Part shown: one piece after another, positions 13,001-28,000 of the stretch
Layout of the letters: every line of letters begins with the position of its first letter
How positions within the stretch are numbered: the stretch's first letter is position 1
Assembly: GCA_964276515.1 (NCBI GenBank)
Contig: OZ193909.1
Location: forward strand, 20,088,001 to 20,152,000
Direction: 5' to 3'
Length of the DNA: 64,000 nucleotides
Origin: Gordius albopunctatus
Taxonomy: Eukaryota
Notes under the pieces: generated by a model
The model's input: the letters and a program-made list of their open reading frames with translations, nothing else
Databases searched by the model: none
Told to the model about the DNA's origin: nothing
Program-made: the position numbers and the translations under genes

Positions 13001-16000
13001 GAGCAGATTGTGGCTGGAGTTGAAGAAAATTAGCAATTTAACAACTATACAAACGATATATGCATGTTATTTAGCATTTTGCAAATTTCAACCTATACCA
13101 TTGCATAATGAATGGTATAGGTTGAAGCAAGTAACCAAAACGTATAAAGTGTAGTATCTTTGAGATGAATGAAATTACTACGTAAGGTTAAAGAGCAATA
13201 TATATAACTTTCTAGAGATAATATGATTAACCTGGCAAAATAAGGAGATTTATTTCAATTATACTTTAATATCAGAATATTGACAAAATGTGATGACGAA
13301 TTGCATTAAAACTAGTGTTGAGCACCCTCAATTTTATTGCCAGAATTGTTGGTGGTTGAAATAGAGGAGAGAGGTCCCGTGTTTGTGGCATCAAAGGAAG
13401 CCCAAGCCGAATCGGCGTCAACATTTTTGGAGGGGCTAGCGTGGTCGGTCGGAGGTGAATTCCAGATATTTGAAGAATTTCTTCGATCCCCAGTTGGACT
13501 GGTGGCTTCCGATCTCGAAATATTTCTACCCATTCATTCGTAATTAAATGACAAACAGTGAATTAGGTTTATGAAGGACACACTTAGAGATATAGATATG
13601 TGTGAAATTGAATTGTGGTAAATTACCCGGTGGAAGCTAGGTTAGATGAATTTTGTTTGCCAGCCGGGGGTGGCCTTATACCCGGTGTTGAGGAGGGCCT
13701 AGAAGAGTTGGGATCTGACAATATTTTCACGTAGGATTTGGGCACGTACCCGCTCTACCAATAAAATGTAAACCAAATTACACAGCTAAAACGAGAAAGA
13801 TTTTGCAGTGGACGACGAGCACGTAGAAATCAGTGTCGTAAAAACGGCTGGGTCATGTTTAGTCGATGAAACATAGATGGACCAAAAGTTTTTGGTCCGT
13901 TTTTCTTAGTCGACTACCTCTAAGCTTAGTCAAAATTTGAAAATAGACTAGAAGCGCGACCCTTAGTCCTAGTAAGACTAAAAGTCGACCCAACAAAACA
14001 TAGCCGTTGTTACAACATTAATATAAATGTGATTAAATCTCGAAATTTTATGTGCATAGCATGATTTTAGGGTAATCCTTAACAAATTAAACAAATCTTA
14101 ATTTGACATAATATGCGTAAAAATCGGAGACAGTAAAATAACATTAAAAATAAGACCTCGAAGGTCGAGTATAAATATGAAGTATTTTTAAACATTTATT
14201 ATTCACTTATACAGTCAAAACCGTTTAATTTCAAAGCCTTGGGTCTGAATAAAAATTCGCGATTAACCGATATTTCGCGATTAAACGATGGAAAAAGAGA
14301 AGAAAATATTAAATACATAAAGACATACGCTTTGCAATAAAACGATATTTTATATATCGAAAATTTTTGTGAATATCCGATATTGTACTATTAAGCGATT
14401 TGTTAATAAACGATGTTTTTAATATTATCGTTTGAAAAAACCAAAATGGCGGTTATCTTGGAGATTAAAAGATATTCACGATAATACGATTTACGATTAA
14501 GAAGTTTCCACTGTATATAACATCGAGTGTCATTAGTGTTTCACGCGTATATTTAAATACAAATCTCGAAAAATATGGCAAAGTAATATTTAATGACAGC
14601 AGCTTAAAGATTTTTATAACCCCAGACCAAGGTCAACGAAACAAAACCCAGCCGGGGCTTCAAGTCCGGCCCTAACAGCTAAGTTATATTACGGTCCGTC
14701 CAGGCTCAACCCATGGTTTTATTTTTAAGATCGCATACAGTATGTTCCAAAAAATCAGAACACTTGCTAAACGAAACCAACTAATCGCTGTCCCAGGTCA
14801 AACCTTATCTCCCATAGTGGCGATCCACCAATTGGAATCCGGTTCTTGACTTATGGTCATAATGTCACCTTGTGCAAATGACAAATCCCCTTCGGTCGTG
14901 GATTGCAAGGGATAAATGGCTACAGCTTTAATCACCCCTTCCGATTGTCTCAATTTAATTTCACCCTCTCTCCCAGCGATTTCCTATTAACAATGAAAAA
15001 GCGTTTGAATTTAAATCCTCAAATAATAATCATAAAAGATTTGAATTTTATTTCCTTAACAATATAATATACCCTGAGCTCCAGAGGATCTTGGTATATG
15101 TGGCTATCAGCTGACGACGTTTCTTCTGGGATATTCCTAACGTATTGCAATATTAAATTAAAATACCTCGTTGGGTAGTTGAGTTATTTTCAAGTAAAAT
15201 TAATTGACCAACTGCTGCCATGGTTCCTGCTATATACATAATTTATTACAGTGAGCAATTGGTGATTGAATAATAGGCTGCTCATCAACTCTTAATAAGC
15301 GTACCCCGTTTTTCCCCCATTTTGAAATGTGTACAAATAAGGGAAGGACTCATATAGATTATATAGTAATTTTGGTTAATTAAATTATTTTTAGAACGTG
15401 ATGCAAAAAAACATTGAACTAGGTAAACATTAAAAATATAAATCATTTCCAAAATTCATAAAAATTAAAAATAGTGTAATAATAATTTGTAGTTAAAGCA
15501 ATTTAGTGCCATCTGCATTTTATTAAATAATCATTTATTAACATTATTTTCTATTTATGAATCATTGAGGATGATAGTGAATTCACTTTTTCTATTTGAA
15601 CAATGGGAGAAACAGCAGATATATAAGGGAGATTGTTAAATCCGAAATGGTGCAAAGCATGTGAAACATATGACATGAGCAGTCTATGAATCCGGTTTAG
15701 CCTTACTTTCAGGGCAAATTAGAAGACGAGGGAGGGGACAAAAGTTTAGTAATAATTTTTTCGAATGATTAGATTAAATAGAATTTCCTACATTTCCTCC
15801 CACATTTATTATAATTTAGCTCAGGGCTTACATTTAAAATGCTATTGAAGCTAGCTCACTAAAAACACACTGCGTTTTCATGCACCACCTTCCACTCTAA
15901 ACATTATATAGTCATGTCAAAGTGTTTTTAAAACGAAAGCAAGTAATAGGAGGTGTCGTTAAATACCTCAAACCGTAGGCTAAATGTCCCTGCTGCCTTG

Positions 16001-19000
16001 GAGTTAGGATTCCCTTAAGTATTCGCTTTTTGTTTTATTTGAGTTAATTATTGATTAAGGGGGGAGCAGGTGTAGTTATGCAAGGATTGAGTATTGTATC
16101 TTCATAGTGAGGAGAGCGGTCAAGATTAAGCAATTCAAAAAGATGTAAGAGCAGATAAGCTTAAAATCAGACCGGAAAAGTTCTAGTACAGTAGATAAGC
16201 TTAAAATGAGGCCGGGGGTTAATTTAATAACATTTTTTTTTCCTAATAAGGAACAGGCTGGGGTCAGGAAACCCTGGTATTATAAAAAGGCCATGTTTCC
16301 AGTTAGAGGACATTATTCTATGTATTCTGGCCTCGGATAACTCCCAATCCCCCTCAATTGTATTACTATATTTCCTTATAACCTATCGAATCGCTACTTT
16401 GATTCTATTATTAAAGTTACTTCATGTCGATTATCAAATTCTCAATAAATTCTTGAATGTGTATACTGTCAATTGGGTTAACGCCAACTCAACCCTAAGC
16501 AGACCGGAAATTGAATACGAAGGCTTACGAGAAAAGACCGAGACTAACCACTAAAATCACCCGAACCTAACGACTCAAACCCTGACGTTACGGAAGCTCT
16601 TGAGCTAAACAATTAATCGAGACAACCTTCCTTTCTAAGTCACAGGACTCAACAGGAGTGAGGGTTCAAACCGAGGGAAAACATATTTTCACTCATCACC
16701 GCTTTGTAGAAAGGGGTAGTTTTTGTTTGGTCGACCTTTGGTTTTAGGCGACTAAACACATAGACCAATAAAACTATAGATTGCCGAACAACTGATTTTT
16801 GCAATTAAAATCATTCAGATATCAAACTAGCAGCTGCCATATTGTAGGAAAAATTAAACAACAGGTTTATTTATACTTCTCCACGATACAATTTTGAGGA
16901 AAATAAATAAGACTAATAGCTTAATTTATAAATTACTAAATAACGAGTACGTTAGAACAATAAATTATGCTGAATTCTATCGTTTGGTTACGATTTCCCA
17001 CAAAATGGCGCTTGTTATATTTGCTGGAAAGTTATCAGCTGTTCGGCAGTCTATAGTTTTATTAGTCTATGAGTAAAAAAGCAACCAAAGGTTTTTTGGT
17101 CTCCCTTAATCTCAGTCGTCGAATAAACAGACGAAATGGAGCAATTATATGGTGAATGGTCAAACCTTTGGTCTGCTTATGTTTAGTCGACTAAAACCAA
17201 AGGTCGACACACCAAAATCAACCAGCCCCGTTCTTACTACATGAATATCCAGGTGGCATTAATGGGCATCTGAAGAAGATTTCCAAGATCGCTAAATCCA
17301 ATCATTATTTCCTGATGGACTCAATGCGCCTATTCTTAAAGAAGACGAAGAAAGGGATACTGTCTTTTAATCATTTTATTAATAAATATTTATCATTTCC
17401 ATCATATATTGAATACTTTTTGATAATAAAGCATGCCGATTATCTTTAATGCACGTAAAAAATAGTATAAATTATAATCTGCCCCCCCCAAATGTGTTGT
17501 ACGTGTTGTCCACTTTTGGTTTAACTAAGACTCACGGTACACTGTAATCTACTGTTCAAATATCGACTTAGCCTAGTGGTCAACTAAGAAATACAGAGCG
17601 AAAAATCTTTGGTCTGCTCATTTTTAGTCGACTAAACCCAAAGGTCGGCCAACCAAAACCCCCCAGGCCCGTTCTTACGACAACATTACCCCCAAAAATG
17701 ATGGAGTAATGATATAATATATTAATTACCCGAGACTGAGGAAGGGGATGGACACTTGTCTCACGACGTTAGAATTAGCGTTGTTGGTCGACGTCACTTT
17801 TTGGGTGTAAGCAGCGGGGAACCAGCCAACCCTATCTCCTATCTTGCCTCCCAGCCAACCCGGCTCCGAGGTTTCGTCCTCAGCCACCTGCGAAAAAAGA
17901 AATTTTGCATTCAATTATTTTTAGTACACTTAAGGACGTAGGCGTAGCCAAGGAGGGGTGAGGGGTGGCTGCCCCTCTCTAAATTCTCTAAAATCCTTTG
18001 AAATTTATGAAAAATTATGGCTAAAATTTCAAAAAATGTTCATTTTGACCCTCCCTAAATCCTAGTGCCCCCCTCTAATTCAAATGCTAGCTACGCCCAA
18101 ACAAAGAAGTATTGATTATAAAGAGCCTGTAGCCAGAATCGGAACTAGAGGTGGGGGGGGGGGGGCAAAATGACAATTTTTTTGAAAATTGTAGCCATAA
18201 TTATATATAATTTTTAAAAAATTTTCGATTTAGAGGGGGGCAGCCGCCCCTCCCTGCCTTACCCTACGCATATGCTGTTGTGTTAAAAAGATATTACGAA
18301 CCAATATGATATCATCTGGTTTGAACGATATTTCATCTTCGGATCGAGCATCGAACTGGAACAAAGCCTTGTAAGGACATAGTTTGGTAGCTAAAAAACA
18401 GCAAAGTCTTAGGTTAAGTTGCAACATAATAAACATTTCCGTTATGGAACTAATCATTTATATAATATTTTTTAAAATGCATATTTTGTAGAGATGAAAT
18501 AAATAAATGAAAAAAGTTAAGAAGGATAAATATTTGGATAACATGCCCGTATTGCTGCTATTGAATCACATTCACCCAAAATAATGCCGATTTTAGTTCT
18601 CGTAAAAAACGATTCGCGATTATCATGCCTCATAAAGCAAACTCGAAAAAAAGGGTTAAAATTGATGTTTCCCTTTTTTATAATAAAAGAGTTCTTTTTG
18701 TAAGATCCGGGTGAGAAGAGTAAGAAAGCTTAACAAATTGGAGTTAAAGTCTTACAGGCACAAATTGATTAGACACGTTGCGTGAGAAAAGGGAAATCAT
18801 AAAAAAGTCATGAAATCTAGGACTTAATTAATGAATCTTGTCATGATGCAGTGTGTTGTGAAAACGACTAGGCTGTTTTGTTTGGACGGCATTTGGTTCT
18901 AGCCTACTAAACATAGGCAGACCAAGGTATGGCTAAAAATCCTTTGGCGTGTTTACAACACTAACGCCGGCGACTACACTTACAATCATCGTTGGTGGCG

Positions 19001-22000
19001 TTTGAATGGTGAGAGGGACCGGAGGGTAGGGCAGAATTTGGTGGTATCGGACCCGAGGTCGTACATATTTTAACCTGATTGCGGTTGGTATTTTGGTGGG
19101 GTAAGAAGGGGTCCCCCACCGGATTTTGCGCGGTATTAGTCAAACTTTTTCTCTTCATAATATCCATTTTTTCTTTTAATTCTAAGGCAAGGGCGTCAGT
19201 TGGGTCGCCCGGCAAGGAGTATCGGCCCGAAAGGAGGCTAGCTATAGGAATAAAATCACAAAGATTTAGGTAATGGCGTAACGAAGTAGGGGGGGGGCCT
19301 CTAAAACTAATTCCAAAAATCTTTTAAAATTCATTAAAATTATGGCCAAAAATGATCATTTTGCCCCTCTATAAATCATTATAGCCCCCCCCCCTTTAGC
19401 TACCCCAATGGATTTAAGAAACAATTTGATATTGTAAATCTTATTGAAATAAATACAAAATTGTGAGAAACTAAACCTGAGATTCAAATTTATTTTCAAA
19501 ATTATTAATGATTAATTAATAAAACAAGGTGAAAGGATGATGAATATGAAAGACGATAAAAGTGTTAATCGCGGTTCTCAAGTAAAATAGAGATCAAAAA
19601 AAAACATTTTCATTTTTCAACACCCAAATTTAAAAATAATATAAATTCTATAAAATTGTGAGATACATGATAATAAATAGATTTATTATTATTTGGTGAT
19701 ATAAAACTGATTTTTATCAATAATATTAGGAAGAATTTTTTACAATTTCAAAATTAAAATCATTTTGTGCAAGGCAGAAATAAGGTATTACCTGCAAACG
19801 GATCCACGTCACCGAGCACAGGTTTGCCTTCTGCGTTCCTAAGGTAATCGAAATTATTGTAAACCTCGTGGCATGCTGAACTGATAACTTACGGTAACAT
19901 GGCGAAAGGTCGAAAAACATATGATTCCCGGTCGAAAAAATCGATAAGGGAAGGAAAAAGTGGGAAGAGTAGGTCAAAAAAATGATAAAGAGGATCGTGC
20001 ATAGTTTTTGATAATTGTGGGGGCGGGTGGTAGGCACGAAATAATCAATAGTGATATTATGATGAGTGCGTGTGGGGTCTGTTGAGACCCCAAAGTGGTG
20101 GATAGATAGATGGACAAAGGGACGATAGATGATAGTTTGTAAAACTGAGTGAATTTAGGCAAGATTTTTTGTCATAATTTACAAACTTGAAAGGAATTGC
20201 ATACTCTAATCTTAACTACTTTATTAATGAAAAGCATCATCATGTCGGCCCGTGGAATTAAACAGGTTTAGAAAACGATAGATTAGAGACCGGGAAAGTG
20301 ACTTTTTTCAACCCGAACCCGACCTGAAAACAATTTAAAAATTCTAACAACAACTCCACTCGACCCGAGTACATTTAAAAATGTCGATTCCAGATCGGGT
20401 TTCGGGTTACCGGTGCAGGTCTCTACGATAGATGTCAACGCTTTTTAATTAACATTTTAGGTATATTGTTGTTGTAAGGTGATGCAATAATAACTTAAAA
20501 TAACTTGCAAACATGATACTAAACTGAGTTTCAATGAGATCTAGTTAGGTAAGCCAATGGTGAAATTCAGGCTAAAAATCGAAAATGTAGTATGTAGCAG
20601 AGACCAGAAAAGCCGGGACCAGGTTTTAATCTTAAATTTCGAGCGGGCCGGGGTGGGCACACTAATATTCGGACTATTCGGGCTCAATGGTATATTTAAA
20701 TGATGTAATATTTTGTTTTCATCTTTTTTTTTGTCGCATTTCCATTTGAATGTACCATATTTGTTCATCCCGGAAAACAAAATAAAGCCTATTTACACAA
20801 AATATAACGATATTATATCTAAATTTTGCTTAGAAACATGATTTATGGCAACGGACAGCTCTAATAATTCGGGCATAGCTAACACTTGCAAGCATTCGGG
20901 AGTAGTTATAAATTCGGACCGGGCCGGGTCCGGGCTTTCAACAAATCAGACCTCTGGGGTGAAAACGTAGTGTTTTAAAAAAGGCTGGGTTTTGTTTAAG
21001 AGAGCATAGTATTTGTAAGATCGACTAGTACACGAATTAACACTCTTATTTTGACAAGGTGATCGATGAAAATTTCCACATCTTCATACTCAACCCCAAA
21101 TCTCAAGAAGATAAATATTTAAAGAGATCGTAAAAAGGAATATTTAGCTGAGCTAACCACCAATTTCATTAAAAACTCGTCTAGGCGCTATATTTATAAG
21201 TGCATCTGTAATCTCGTTTAAATTACGTTGCAGATTCCACACTTTTGTGCTGCTCTATTTTAGGTGGCGGGGCAAACAGGTCTTGACCGAAGGGGTCTGA
21301 CGATGCTTGAGAAAAGACCAAACTTTGGGTTGATAAAGCGGGCATCCCGAAAGGATCCTCATTGTTTGCTGCTTCCGCGACAGTTCTCTAAATATATAAA
21401 ATAAAATAATTTCGTTTCTTCATAAAGTTGTGCCAAAAGCAATTTTTGTTTTAAATATAATGATTACAAATAATGTATATTCGCTGAAGGTTTTACTTTT
21501 GAGGCCATTTGAAATGTGTTTAATACCTTCTTTACAAGAATGTGAGTTTCATTTCAAAAATACTTTATCATAACCCTTTAAAATATATATATATCCTCAA
21601 AACTTTATCATTTTAATTTGATTAAGCGCGACAAATTTCAAGCAAACGGGCTTTAAAAGGAATCGTTTGATGACTATCACTACTGCTACGGTTCACTCTG
21701 GCCTCTTTCCCAAATATCGAATAGACCTGGAGGCCGCCTAAGCCCAGTCGGTTATACAACACCACCCAAGCACCTAGTACTAAAAACACGCGATTCAACG
21801 ACAAACATGATTAAAGGGGGAGAAAGTGTTGAGAAAATTTTGCTAGATATTTTCTTCCCCACACATTTTTAGCCCCGCCGATAGAAGTGAGAATTGTATG
21901 CTCAGCTGTATGGGCATAGCCAGAGATGGGCGACTACCCCCCAAAACTATTATGGCTTAAATTTCGGGAAATTATCATCTTGCCCCCTCGCCTAATTCAA

Positions 22001-25000
22001 ATCCAGACTACGGCCCCGTGTAGGGCACACAAGTATTCATACTATATGAGGCAGGAACCCGCAGTGCTTCCCTTTATATCAATTTCATAGAACAAAAATT
22101 CGTTTATTTTTTACAAATAATTTATGAACCATCATGTGGGAGTCTTTGGGAACGCCTTTCTCATCATTCCCCTCGGCTAGTTGACGCTTGAGAGAAGCGA
22201 TCGAAGATTGCAACGTCTGTTTTTGGGTTTCGGCGCTGGCTAATGCTCCACCCACACCTAATAATTAGGGGGCGGGGGGGGGACATTTAAATTATTTCAT
22301 AAAATTTATTTATTTTTTACGCATAAAACCACGTTGTATATCAATTTGGATAATAAAATATCGCCAAATACATCGTTTTATAAGCCAAATGCCCCCCCAA
22401 TGTTCGAAATAGTGTTGTAAATACGGCTCTGGGTTTTTATGCGACTAAGTAAAACAGACTATAAAACCTTTGGTTTGTGGCCATTTTTAAAACACTAGTT
22501 CGAACTCTCAAAAAAATAATTTGCAATTTTTTGGGTAATCAAACCGACTCGGGTAGATGTTGAACACGAATTGGAATTAATTGGCAAAACAAAAATGGAG
22601 GAATGAAGGATTTATAATAAAAGGCGTATCATCTTACCAGAATTGTTGGCTGGGGCTAGATGTGCCTTCCCCCTTTGGTAGGTTAAATCCTGTAAACGCT
22701 GCCTGGCATTCTATCATGCATGTATATTGAGATATGAGAGGCGAAAAGATAACAAAAGGCTCGCATTCAAACTGTTGGTAGTTAGAGTTGTTAAATTGCT
22801 AACTTTCTTCAAACTCCAGACGCGAGCACGCACAATGAGCTGCTTAATATGCGCGTTAGCACAATATGTGCTCGCTTTTGGTGCCCTGGGCAGAGCGGTA
22901 GCATAAAAAAATGCTCGAGGGCCGAGCAGAAACTCGAGCAGATGGTAGCTGGAGTTGAAGAAAGTTAGCAATATAACAACTCTATTGGTAGTCATATTAG
23001 TCTAGACTATTCGTGCCATATGTTTTAAATGGTTAAATGGGTATGCCATTAAATACTCCGCCATTTTTGAATTTAACAATCTCCCATGCCTTTGTGCAGC
23101 GTACCATCCCATCGTTAGAACAGCAAAAAGTGCATTTGTCTCGCTGGAATTAGTTAATAAATGCAGATGGCAGCACTAAATTGCTTTAACATCACATCCT
23201 AATAGTATTTTAACTTTTTGATTTTTAAGAATTGGTTAATGATATATATATATATATTAAAGTAGTTAATATTTTTTGCAACGATTGTCTTTCAAAAACA
23301 CTTCAATTAACAACCCAAATCACTATAATCCAGATAAATTTTCCTTATTTGCCCACTATTAAAATGGCGGTAAAAAGGGTACACTTATTTGAAATGCGCA
23401 GCAGGCTATCTATCTAGGCTATGAATGAAGGAGACACATAGCATACATATTCCGTAATCTTTATATTTACCAATTTAACATGCAAAAATAGTGATAGTTC
23501 CGTAACAAATAGAGATTAAATCAGATGAATCCTTTGAAATCCCTAAATTTTCATTTTATATCATAAAATTTTTCCACAAATTAGATATTTGTAAAAAACC
23601 ATTGAAATTACCCTATTAAAAAGGAGTTAGAACAGAAATAAGAATACGTGAGGTTAGATCAAAACGAACATTCACACATGGACGTAGCCAGGGGGGGGGC
23701 AATAATGATTTAGGGAGGTACAAAATTATAATTTTTTTTTATTAATTTAAGCCATAATTATCTTGAATTGTGAATAATTTATGGATTTATGCTTTCCCAA
23801 CAAATTTGCGAAGCAAAATGAGGGACCTGGAGGTCGCGGTGGGCGTTAGCGAGGCGAGACCTAGCTTGCTCACACTTCGCGTCCAATTCCATTTTGCATT
23901 GCTCCGCTTTGTCTCGCACTGCCGCCGTATCTTTCAGCGTTTGTTCCACGTTAGATACCTTCTCTCCCTAAACCAAAGTACACATTCATTCATTCATAAT
24001 TAACCATTGCAGTACGAGGAGCCGATGAAGCCTGTCACCTAAAGGGTGGTTTCCAAAACTAGAGCACCAACTTTAGAAACCTGCACGAGTGACCTTGAAC
24101 CCGACCCGATCCACACGCGACATTCGGTGGGTTTCGGGTATTGAAAGTTTTGAAATGTCTTTGGGTCGGGCCGGGTTCGGGTTGAATTTTTTAAAATTTC
24201 TTCGGGTGGGACCGGGTTCGGGTTGATAAAAAGTGACTTTGCAGTTTTCTAACCAACTCAAATTATTGATATGCTACTCATTATACGACAATGGTATGGG
24301 GGGGGGGCATGTACTGAGAAGAGAGAAAAATGATGAAAGTCTCGAAAAGTACTGGACACGGAGGTACCGGGGGCGAGAGGAAGAGGACGACCTCGTGCCA
24401 CGTGGACCGGGCAAGCGTGGACAAAGTTATGAATGCTAGGAAGATTCATCGAGACACGAGAGCTAAAAAAACTAATCAAAACAAACTCCACCACCGGGGG
24501 ACCAAATACTTGATAAAGAAGAAGATTATATAAGGCATTAGTTATATTTAGGCGAGAGAATCCACACTTCAAAATTACAGTTTTGTGAATAATTTTTGTT
24601 AGTGAAGTCGATTGGAATCCAAAAAGGAGGCGGATAGAGACAGGGGTGCTTAAATCATCGTAATCAACAGAGTATTGTTGTTACTTTGCCTGTAAAGTAA
24701 ATATGAGGAGGTTGGATGCAATTTTAATTGGATTCATTCTAAAGCCTCCTTGCCTACTAAACTATATGAACCTTATTCCTCTTTTAACCATCTCAAACCA
24801 GGCATCATATCAAGTGTGATGTCTGTTGCAAATAAATTAATGAAACCCACCCTTATTTTCACTTCTTGGCAATAATTCGTTTTATACTTGCTGTGAAAGT
24901 TACAATTAAAAACCTGTAAAAAAAAATCTAAATTTCAAAAGTAACAAAACTATAATTACAAATATTTCAATTGAATTAGATGAAACTAACACTAAATGCC

Positions 25001-28000
25001 GAAATTTAAATTTCCATATACATGTGTACATTCTAAATTGATACGCGAAGTCACGCGTCACGTGACGACTGCACTTACCATATTCTGACTCTCGCATTCC
25101 AAGTCACGTGACGTAGTTTTGAGGGCGGCCAACGAGGCTCGTTCCCGCCTTATTTTGCCTTCCAACTCCTCCAAGCTACTCGCAACCCTTTCCTCCTTCC
25201 TCTTCTTCTCCAACTCCCGCTTCGCCGCCTACGCAATATCGAAATTCCCAAATCAACAGTGAAAAACATGAAAATATGAATTTTATTTATTTAAAAATTG
25301 TTTTTGCCTAAAAATGTATAGTGACCGTTGTTTAAATTAAATTTGTCTGACTCCGATACGACGAAAGAACAGAAAATCGCGGCCCTCACGGGCCAAGCCG
25401 GAAAATGTCGAGAATTCAAATTTAGCGGGCGGGTCCGAGCGGGCACCATAACAAGATTAGGGCATGAGATTTTTCTTTATACTGTGTTAATAATTTGTCT
25501 TCTATTATTTTGTTGCTTTTTCAACTAATTGATTATAATTACTTATCGTAATTCTATCGAAGAAAAATCAATAATTAAAGTCGAAACTTTTAGAAAATAT
25601 ACCAAAATTACTATTAAAAATTTAAGATAATCATTTCGGGGCGGACAGTACTAAAGATTTGGGGCTTTGTCGGGTGGACACTCCTAAGGGTTCCGACGGG
25701 CCGGGCAGAAAAATCTCAAATCTGAACTCTGGCCGCGAATTCATTGTCAAATCTCAACTAATTTTTCAAGGTGGTCTAAATTGTTGTTCCTATTTTGGTT
25801 AATTTATGAAGAATCGTACAAATTAAATAAGAATATATGATGGGTAAAATTTCAAAATATTCAAAAATCCCGATTTAAAGTTGACGAGAGGGCGTGGCGT
25901 ACTTGTTTTTGCCGGAGAAGTTTAATCTTTTCCATGTCAGCTAGGCGTTCGGCCTCCTTCTCCCTCTCTTTCGCCATCTCCAATTCTTGTTGCTTTTTAC
26001 GCTCGCGCTCTAGTCTGTTTAAACGACACGTCACAAGGAATTATTAAATAACGAATATTTGATTTTAAATAATAATTATCAAATATTTTATTGTTTCCAA
26101 ACTAAAGTGCCCATCCATTGGTCAATAATTAATTTAAGGTTTATCATAAATGTACAAACAGAATTGTAACTATCAAATATCATTTTTGTATTGAAAATAA
26201 AATTTTGGATCTATATATCAGTGAAATATATTATACCTAGAGATGTGAATATAACAATAGTGGTTCGAATGGTAAGAATTGTTGCTAACTCAATTGTTAT
26301 TTTAAAGTTCAGTAGCTTTAACTCAGGCACAATAACCAAGTTCCAAAATAATAATTTTATTAATCTCCAGTTATTTGGTTTGGCGTGAAACTCTAGGGTT
26401 GTGGCGGGGTTCTGGTTGGTGGACCTTTGGTTTTAGTCGATTAAACATCAACAGACCAAAGGTTTCTCATGTGTTTTTCGTAATCACCCACAACATTAGA
26501 GTAAAGAAGAGACGAGACGTAGTACCATCATCATGATAAGAGTTTAGCGTAAGGTCCCGCCCCTCTACGTTCCCCCTAAATCTTAGATAGAATTACTATG
26601 GGGCGCCCAGCTACACTCGTGAAACTTAAATTATTTATGGGTGACCGGAGAACACCTCACACAGCCTGCTCTTGACAATAACAACTAACACTGCCCGAGC
26701 ATACATACATTCATATCGGTGATGGGACATCCGAATCGCCATGACAAAGACTTCAAAAAAAAAGGTCTGGCTATGTCGTGTGCACGCCTCAAGATCATTC
26801 TAACAGACCTCTCGCCCCCCCCCGATGCAAATAAGTAGAGCCCCCTGGACGGGCCAATAATTAAGACCCATTTAATCCCTAGATGCAAATAAGTAAAGCC
26901 CCCTGGACGGGCCAATAATTAAGACCCATTTAATCCCTAGATGCAAATAATTCCCTTATTGAGTTGGCTATTTAGAGGAGACAAAGTAATATATTTATGT
27001 TATATGAAAGGTGCGGGCGGGTTCGGAGTGGGGCCTGAGTAAAAAAAATTTTGAGCTCGAGTCGGGCTCAAGCAAAATAAAAAGTGTCTGACCGGGGGGG
27101 GGGGGCGAAGAAGTTTCACTTTGCAAGGCTCTAGATTAACTAGGCCCCAAATCTTTAAAATGCTTGCGGTCGTAAAAAAACACTGTCAAAGCCAAAAAGT
27201 GTAACGTGATGGGTGGGGGTGAGGGGTGGAAGAGGGCGTTACCTTTGTCTTTCCACCCTGTCCCTCTCCTCGGCCTCTTTCCTCTCCCTCGCTTCGCGTT
27301 CCGCCCTTTCCGCAGCCAAGATAGCGCTACGTTTTTGTTCCAAGATGGCGGCACCTCGGTCGAAATTCTCCTTCCGCCGATCTTCGTACGTCGCTAAGCA
27401 AGGCGCGTCGTCATGGCAACCGAACCGAAGGTGTCGAAACAAAAGATACACACGTGTATTCGTCCGCGTAAAGATAAAACAACGGAATTTAATAAAGCTA
27501 GGAGGGAAGAAGCAAAGTGGCAAAAGCATTTGGGTTTTTTAAGGATATATAAATATACCGAGCATAGGATTAATTTTAAAAGGAGGAGAAAGAAACTAAA
27601 AAATAATAAATAACTATTCCTAAAATTCATCGTGAACCGAACGCCTAGTATTTTTGTTTTTTAGTTGTGGTTTGCCATTTTGTTAAAGCAATTATGCTAT
27701 CATTAGCCTTAATTTGTAAGATAGTTTTAAAAAAATAAATCTTATACGTGTCTCTTATAACTGTAAAAAATTGCTATGTGTAATGTCGAATCAAATATTA
27801 TTCGATAGCTTAAATGTCGGCACGGGGAAAACTTTGTATAAATTTTACTTTATTCGCCCATATCCACTAGGACCTGGCATTTGATCATACTTGTAAAACA
27901 GTTGGTTCCCTAAAGATCTCAGATAGTAAGGCATAAAAGCTTAAATATTATCTACTATTTTACACGTATCGTAAGATTGTCTAGTTTCTATAGCAAAAAG

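Noticed and set aside
13326..13341. GC-AG intron at TG|GCAATA (13340)
   Set aside because: An in-phase GT donor (G|GTGCTC) lies 15 nt away. This cannot be decided without reads, so the GT site was kept.
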